From Fibrobacter sp. (GTDB lineage: Bacteria; Fibrobacterota; Fibrobacteria; Fibrobacterales; Fibrobacteraceae): DNA of 18,927 nucleotides. The notes below the pieces were generated by a model. The model was given only the letters and a program-made list of their open reading frames with translations, made no database searches and was not told the origin of the DNA. This document shows, one piece after another, positions 15,828 through 18,927 of this stretch (within the stretch, counting starts at the first letter, position 1; every line of letters begins with the position of its first letter). The stretch lies in contig JAAZFC010000049.1 in assembly GCA_012511955.1 (NCBI GenBank), positions 1 to 18,927 of the forward strand, in the 5' to 3' direction. A program made the translations under genes and the position numbers.

Positions 15828-16894
15828 TTCAATGGGGGAGGGATGTTATCCAAAGCATCTTTGAGTTCAGGGAAGTTATGGGCCTTTTTCCAATCAGCCA
15901 ATTTGGGCTTCCAAGTGGGAGTTTCAGAATTTATAGTGCCTTCAGCAATCATTTTTTTTAATGCTTCTAAGCTATGGGGGCCATTTCGTTTGCCATTTAG
16001 TGCCACCCACCATTCTCCTACAGGCGGTGGTGGTGGAGAGACATTTTGAGGAGCGCTTTGCGTTTGAGGACTCATAGCAAAGCCCACGCCCATCCCCATG
16101 GCGGCTCCAGCGCTACCAGGGTTTTCCGCAGCTTTTTCCATGGCTGTCGCCGCTTGATACTGGCTGAATTTGTCTAAATCTCCAATGGTATTCATAGAAG
16201 ATTTTTTGTCTATGGCGGTGCTTAGCTCTAGAGGAAGACTGATATTTTCGATAAAAACATTGTTGATTTCTAAGCCAAATTCAGCAAAAGTTTGCGCCAC
16301 TTGATTGCGTAATAGTTTCGCCAAATCTTGGTAATGAGCGCTCAAGCTAGTGGCAGGTATTTGCGCTTCGCCGAGAATATTGGCAAAAGTAGAAACGATT
16401 ATAGCGCGCAGCTGGGAATGAATATTTTTTACGCTATAAATGCTGTTAGTTCCAATAAGTTGCTTTAGCATCAATGCTGAATCTGTGATGCGAACCACAA
16501 AATTGCCATAAGCTTTAATGCGCAAAACTCCTAATTCTGGGTCTTGGACAATAATAGGGTTGCTAGTGCCCCATTTTTGGTCTGTGAAAAGCTTAGTATT
16601 GGTGAAATATACTTCGGCTTTAAAAGGACTGTTTAGAGCGTATTTCCAGCTTTTTAAGCTAGTTAGTACCGGCAAATTAGCTGTTTCTAGTTGATGAGTA
16701 CCCGGACTAAAAACATCAGCGATTTGGCCTTCGGAAACAAAAACAGCCATTTGTCCAGGGCGCACAATAAGTTGGGCTCCATTTTTAATTTCATCTTGAT
16801 AACGAGGAAAACGCCACACCATAGTGTCAGTACTTGGATCATTCCATTCGATTATATCAATGAATTCACCGCGAATCTTATTTAATAAAGACAT
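15824..16894 (-). CDS. SPFH/band-7 domain protein of the YdjI-like clade (COG4260 type) with Pro-rich linker and C-terminal GYF-like (DUF4339-type) domain
   Basis: The N-terminus MSLLNKIRGEFIDIIEWNDPSTDTMVWRFP matches the conserved start of this SPFH subfamily as recalled from Bacillus subtilis YdjI. The body is SPFH-like. No TM helix. A low-complexity linker (AENPGSAGAAMGMGVGFAM...SPPPPPVG) follows. The C-terminal ~55 aa are EWWVALNGKRNGPHSLEALKKMIAEGTINSETPTWKPKLADWKKAHNFPEL. These resemble the W-x-y...NG...GP-x-s...L..l...G.i...T.vW..gm..W domain. Confidence 0.8.
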   Translation of the reverse strand: MSLLNKIRGEFIDIIEWNDPSTDTMVWRFPRYQDEIKNGAQLIVRPGQMAVFVSEGQIADVFSPGTHQLETANLPVLTSLKSWKYALNSPFKAEVYFTNTKLFTDQKWGTSNPIIVQDPELGVLRIKAYGNFVVRITDSALMLKQLIGTNSIYSVKNIHSQLRAIIVSTFANILGEAQIPATSLSAHYQDLAKLLRNQVAQTFAEFGLEINNVFIENISLPLELSTAIDKKSSMNTIGDLDKFSQYQAATAMEKAAENPGSAGAAMGMGVGFAMSPQTQSAPQNVSPPPPPVGEWWVALNGKRNGPHSLEALKKMIAEGTINSETPTWKPKLADWKKAHNFPELKDALDNIPPPLK

Positions 16895-16914
16895 TGCAAA
16901 CTCAGGTTAATGGT

Positions 16915-17589
16915 TTATTTTTGCAACCAAATATTCCATAAGGTGCGCCGTGGCCGCCACATAAGCCAAGCGGTGGGTCCCAATAAAATCAGGTCGCGGA
17001 TTAGTGAAGTCCAAGTTTCGTCTTTGCCTTGGGCTCCTTCGATGGCAAAACAACCGCAGATTATACCGAGATCGTGCCATAAAGCATATATCAAAGCAAT
17101 GATAAAAGCGATGAACATTCCTAGAATTAAACTAGCATTTTCTCTCACAAAAGGAGTGAAAATTAATGCTACACCTGCCCAAAATTCAATTTGAGGTAAA
17201 AATAGCGCAAAAGGATTGACTAAGTTGTGGGGTAAAAACTGATATTGCGCCACCAAAGTGGCAAATTCTTTAGGGTCAGCGATTTTAAATATAGAAGCAA
17301 AAATAAACATGCCGCCTAAACCTAAACGCAAACAAGTCTCTATGGCTTTGATCGCAAAACTTTTATGTAAAAAATACGCAGGAATTACCAACAAGCCTCC
17401 CACTAGACACTCTATTACACCTATATGCATGGAGTAGCGGTACAGTTTAGGAAATTGCTTGTGTAAAACTTCAGCCCAAGAAAATGTATCTGAAAAGGAT
17501 ATTTCAAAAATACCTAGAGTTATAAATAGTACAGAAAGTATAACGAAAATTAACGAAGCAATTAGTCTTTTAGTAGTCTCCTGTGCCAT
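16915..17589 (-). CDS. Polytopic membrane protein, DoxX/MauE-like (tentative)
   Basis: 224 aa with five predicted hydrophobic helices. The C-terminal ICGCFAIEG motif and overall size and topology recall DoxX/MauE-family membrane proteins. No firmer assignment is possible by eye. Its stop lies 20 nt upstream of the SPFH gene's start, in the same orientation. Confidence 0.45.
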   Translation of the reverse strand: MAQETTKRLIASLIFVILSVLFITLGIFEISFSDTFSWAEVLHKQFPKLYRYSMHIGVIECLVGGLLVIPAYFLHKSFAIKAIETCLRLGLGGMFIFASIFKIADPKEFATLVAQYQFLPHNLVNPFALFLPQIEFWAGVALIFTPFVRENASLILGMFIAFIIALIYALWHDLGIICGCFAIEGAQGKDETWTSLIRDLILLGPTAWLMWRPRRTLWNIWLQK

Positions 17590-17768
17590 TAATAGCCCTC
17601 CGGAACTTCTAAAATCTCTTGTCCGCCAATCCAGGCGACTTTTCTGCTTTCTTCCACGCGTAAATTATTGCTAATAGATGTTATCAGCGAAAGTAATAGT
17701 ATAAATACTGGATAAATCCAGCGAAAATCCTTTATAAAATCTATAGTTAACTTTTTTATAAACTCCAT
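17589..17768 (-). CDS. Unannotated small ORF (59 aa) encoding a putative single-pass membrane peptide, translationally coupled to the downstream DoxX/MauE-like gene
   Basis: Minus-strand ATG at 17766-17768 opens MEFIKKLTIDFIKDFRWIYPVFILLLSLITSISNNLRVEESRKVAWIGGQEILEVPEGY*. One hydrophobic helix is present (WIYPVFILLLSLITSISN). Its TAA stop overlaps the next gene's ATG as TAATG at 17587-17591. It fills the otherwise empty 17590-17801 gap. The track omits it because it is under 60 aa. Confidence 0.3.
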   Translation of the reverse strand: MEFIKKLTIDFIKDFRWIYPVFILLLSLITSISNNLRVEESRKVAWIGGQEILEVPEGY

Positions 17769-17801
17769 GAATTGGAATTTACTAAAAACAAGAAAAAAAA
17801 T

Positions 17802-18917
17802 CTACTTTGGTGGCAGAGTTAATAAGATTTTACCCATGCGTGTCCCTTCTATTTTAAGAATTTTAACTTTGCACACGCCTAAGTTTAATTCTGTGCCAGG
17901 AGCGGGTAAAGATTCTAAGGTGCTGTGAATAAGGCCGCTTAATGTTTCCACATGGGAATCTTCTGGAGCTTTTAGCGCAATGCCCAATTCATCTTCTAAG
18001 TCGCCTAAGGTTATTAGGGGGTTGATAATAAATTTGCCGTCTTTAAGTCTTTTTATTTGCAATTCTTCATCTAAATCATCTTCATCGCGAATATCGCCGA
18101 CAATTTCTTCTAAAATATCTTCCATGGTGACTAAACCAGCTGTGCCACCATATTCATCTATCACAATGGCGATTTGGTTCCCCGTGCGTCTAAAATCTTT
18201 AAGCAAGTCGTCTATTTTTTTGTTGTAGGGAACAAACATTGCCGGTTTTACAATGCTTTCTAGTTTAAAAGAATCTTGGTGATTTTCTGTAAACCAGTGA
18301 AGAAAGTCGCGGTTATGCAAAACTCCAACAATATTATCGATGGATTTTTTAAATACAGGAATACGAGAGTGGCGTTCATGATTTAATACCTTGGTAACAG
18401 TCTCTAAAGGCGTATTGGATTCTAAAGAAAACATATCGACTCTGGGGGTCATAATTTCACGCACTGGAGTTTCGGCAAAATCAAAGATATTTAGAATCAT
18501 TTGTTTTTCTTCATCTTCCAATAAATTGTCTTCTTCTGCTGTGGTATCACTGGCTAGCATTTCTCGTTGATCTTCGGTTAAAAAGCTTAAACGGTGGTCA
18601 TAACCCATGATTTTGAGTAATAAATCAGAAAACTTTCGCACTAAAATAGCCAGATGTTTAAAAGGAAAACTTGATATTTTAAATAGAATTAAAGTGATTC
18701 GAGCTAAAGAATAGGGGCGCAAATTGCCAATTAAAGTAGGGATAAAAATAGCAGTGCTATAAATAATTACCCCAATTAAGATGATTTTAATTAAAAAATT
18801 AGCCCAAAGAAAAGGGGTGATTTGGGGAAAGAAGTTGTAGAGAATTAGAAATGCAAAAATACTAGAAATGGCATTACAGACAATGCGGCCAATGGATACG
18901 GTTTCAAAAAAACGCAT
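17802..18917 (-). CDS. CNNM/CorC/HlyC-family transporter (DUF21 TM domain + CBS pair + CorC_HlyC C-terminal domain); 5' end may lie beyond window
   Basis: The N-terminal hydrophobic region is followed by EIMTPRVDMFSL, a CBS pair (...RIPVFKKSIDNIVGVLHNRDFL... / ...GNQIAIVIDEYGGTAGLVTMEDILEEIVGDIRDE...) and a CorC/HlyC transporter-associated C-terminus. Only ~100 aa of TM region precede the CBS pair. The frame stays open upstream of ATG 18917 to the window end. The true start may therefore lie outside the window. Confidence 0.8.
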   Translation of the reverse strand: MRFFETVSIGRIVCNAISSIFAFLILYNFFPQITPFLWANFLIKIILIGVIIYSTAIFIPTLIGNLRPYSLARITLILFKISSFPFKHLAILVRKFSDLLLKIMGYDHRLSFLTEDQREMLASDTTAEEDNLLEDEEKQMILNIFDFAETPVREIMTPRVDMFSLESNTPLETVTKVLNHERHSRIPVFKKSIDNIVGVLHNRDFLHWFTENHQDSFKLESIVKPAMFVPYNKKIDDLLKDFRRTGNQIAIVIDEYGGTAGLVTMEDILEEIVGDIRDEDDLDEELQIKRLKDGKFIINPLITLGDLEDELGIALKAPEDSHVETLSGLIHSTLESLPAPGTELNLGVCKVKILKIEGTRMGKILLTLPPK

Positions 18918-18927
18918 GGAGTTTGCA

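Noticed and set aside
15777-16049. Plus-strand 90-aa ORF with Gly-rich tail (PTGGGGGETF)
   Set aside because: Antisense to the SPFH gene's Pro-rich linker. The Gly run is simply the complement of the PPPPP codons.
16910-17194. Plus-strand 94-aa ORF
   Set aside because: Antisense to the DoxX/MauE-like membrane protein gene. No RBS. Basic low-complexity product.
17980-18228. Plus-strand Ser-rich 82-aa ORF
   Set aside because: Antisense to the CBS/CorC region of the CNNM gene. Low-complexity shadow ORF.

Overview
This 18.9-kb window is chromosomal and moderately AT-rich. It comes from a Gram-negative bacterium with an outer membrane, because it encodes LptF/LptG, BamD and a CpoB/YbgF-like protein. 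LeuB and TadA resemble the Escherichia coli proteins strongly as I remember them. This makes a low-GC gammaproteobacterium plausible, but that is inference only. The window is densely coding: I read 21 protein-coding genes. I found no rRNA, tRNA or CRISPR array. I found no transposon or phage remnant; the XerC/XerD-like recombinase at the 5' edge looks like the housekeeping dimer-resolution type, not a phage integrase.

Gene content, in order:
- A partial XerC/XerD-like recombinase (minus strand, runs off the window start).
- A CitE/HpcH-family lyase.
- leuB.
- A short-chain dehydrogenase/reductase.
- An orphan single-domain receiver, divergent from a short sigma-70-family factor.
- An unknown 136-aa protein.
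- A membrane-anchored M23 peptidase with an unusual N-terminal cytoplasmic domain.
- A small lipoprotein.
- A BamD-like and a CpoB/YbgF-like protein, adjacent on the minus strand.
- An overlapping lptF-lptG-GGDEF-symporter-tadA string.
- On the minus strand, an overlapping CorC/CNNM - small ORF - DoxX/MauE-like - SPFH - triple-zinc-ribbon cluster.

Two loci deserve a second look. One is the minus-strand SPFH/zinc-ribbon membrane cluster at 15168..18917. The other is the receiver - sigma - unknown - bitopic M23 locus at 3537..6664. Every product call is from reading the translations by eye; no database search was run.
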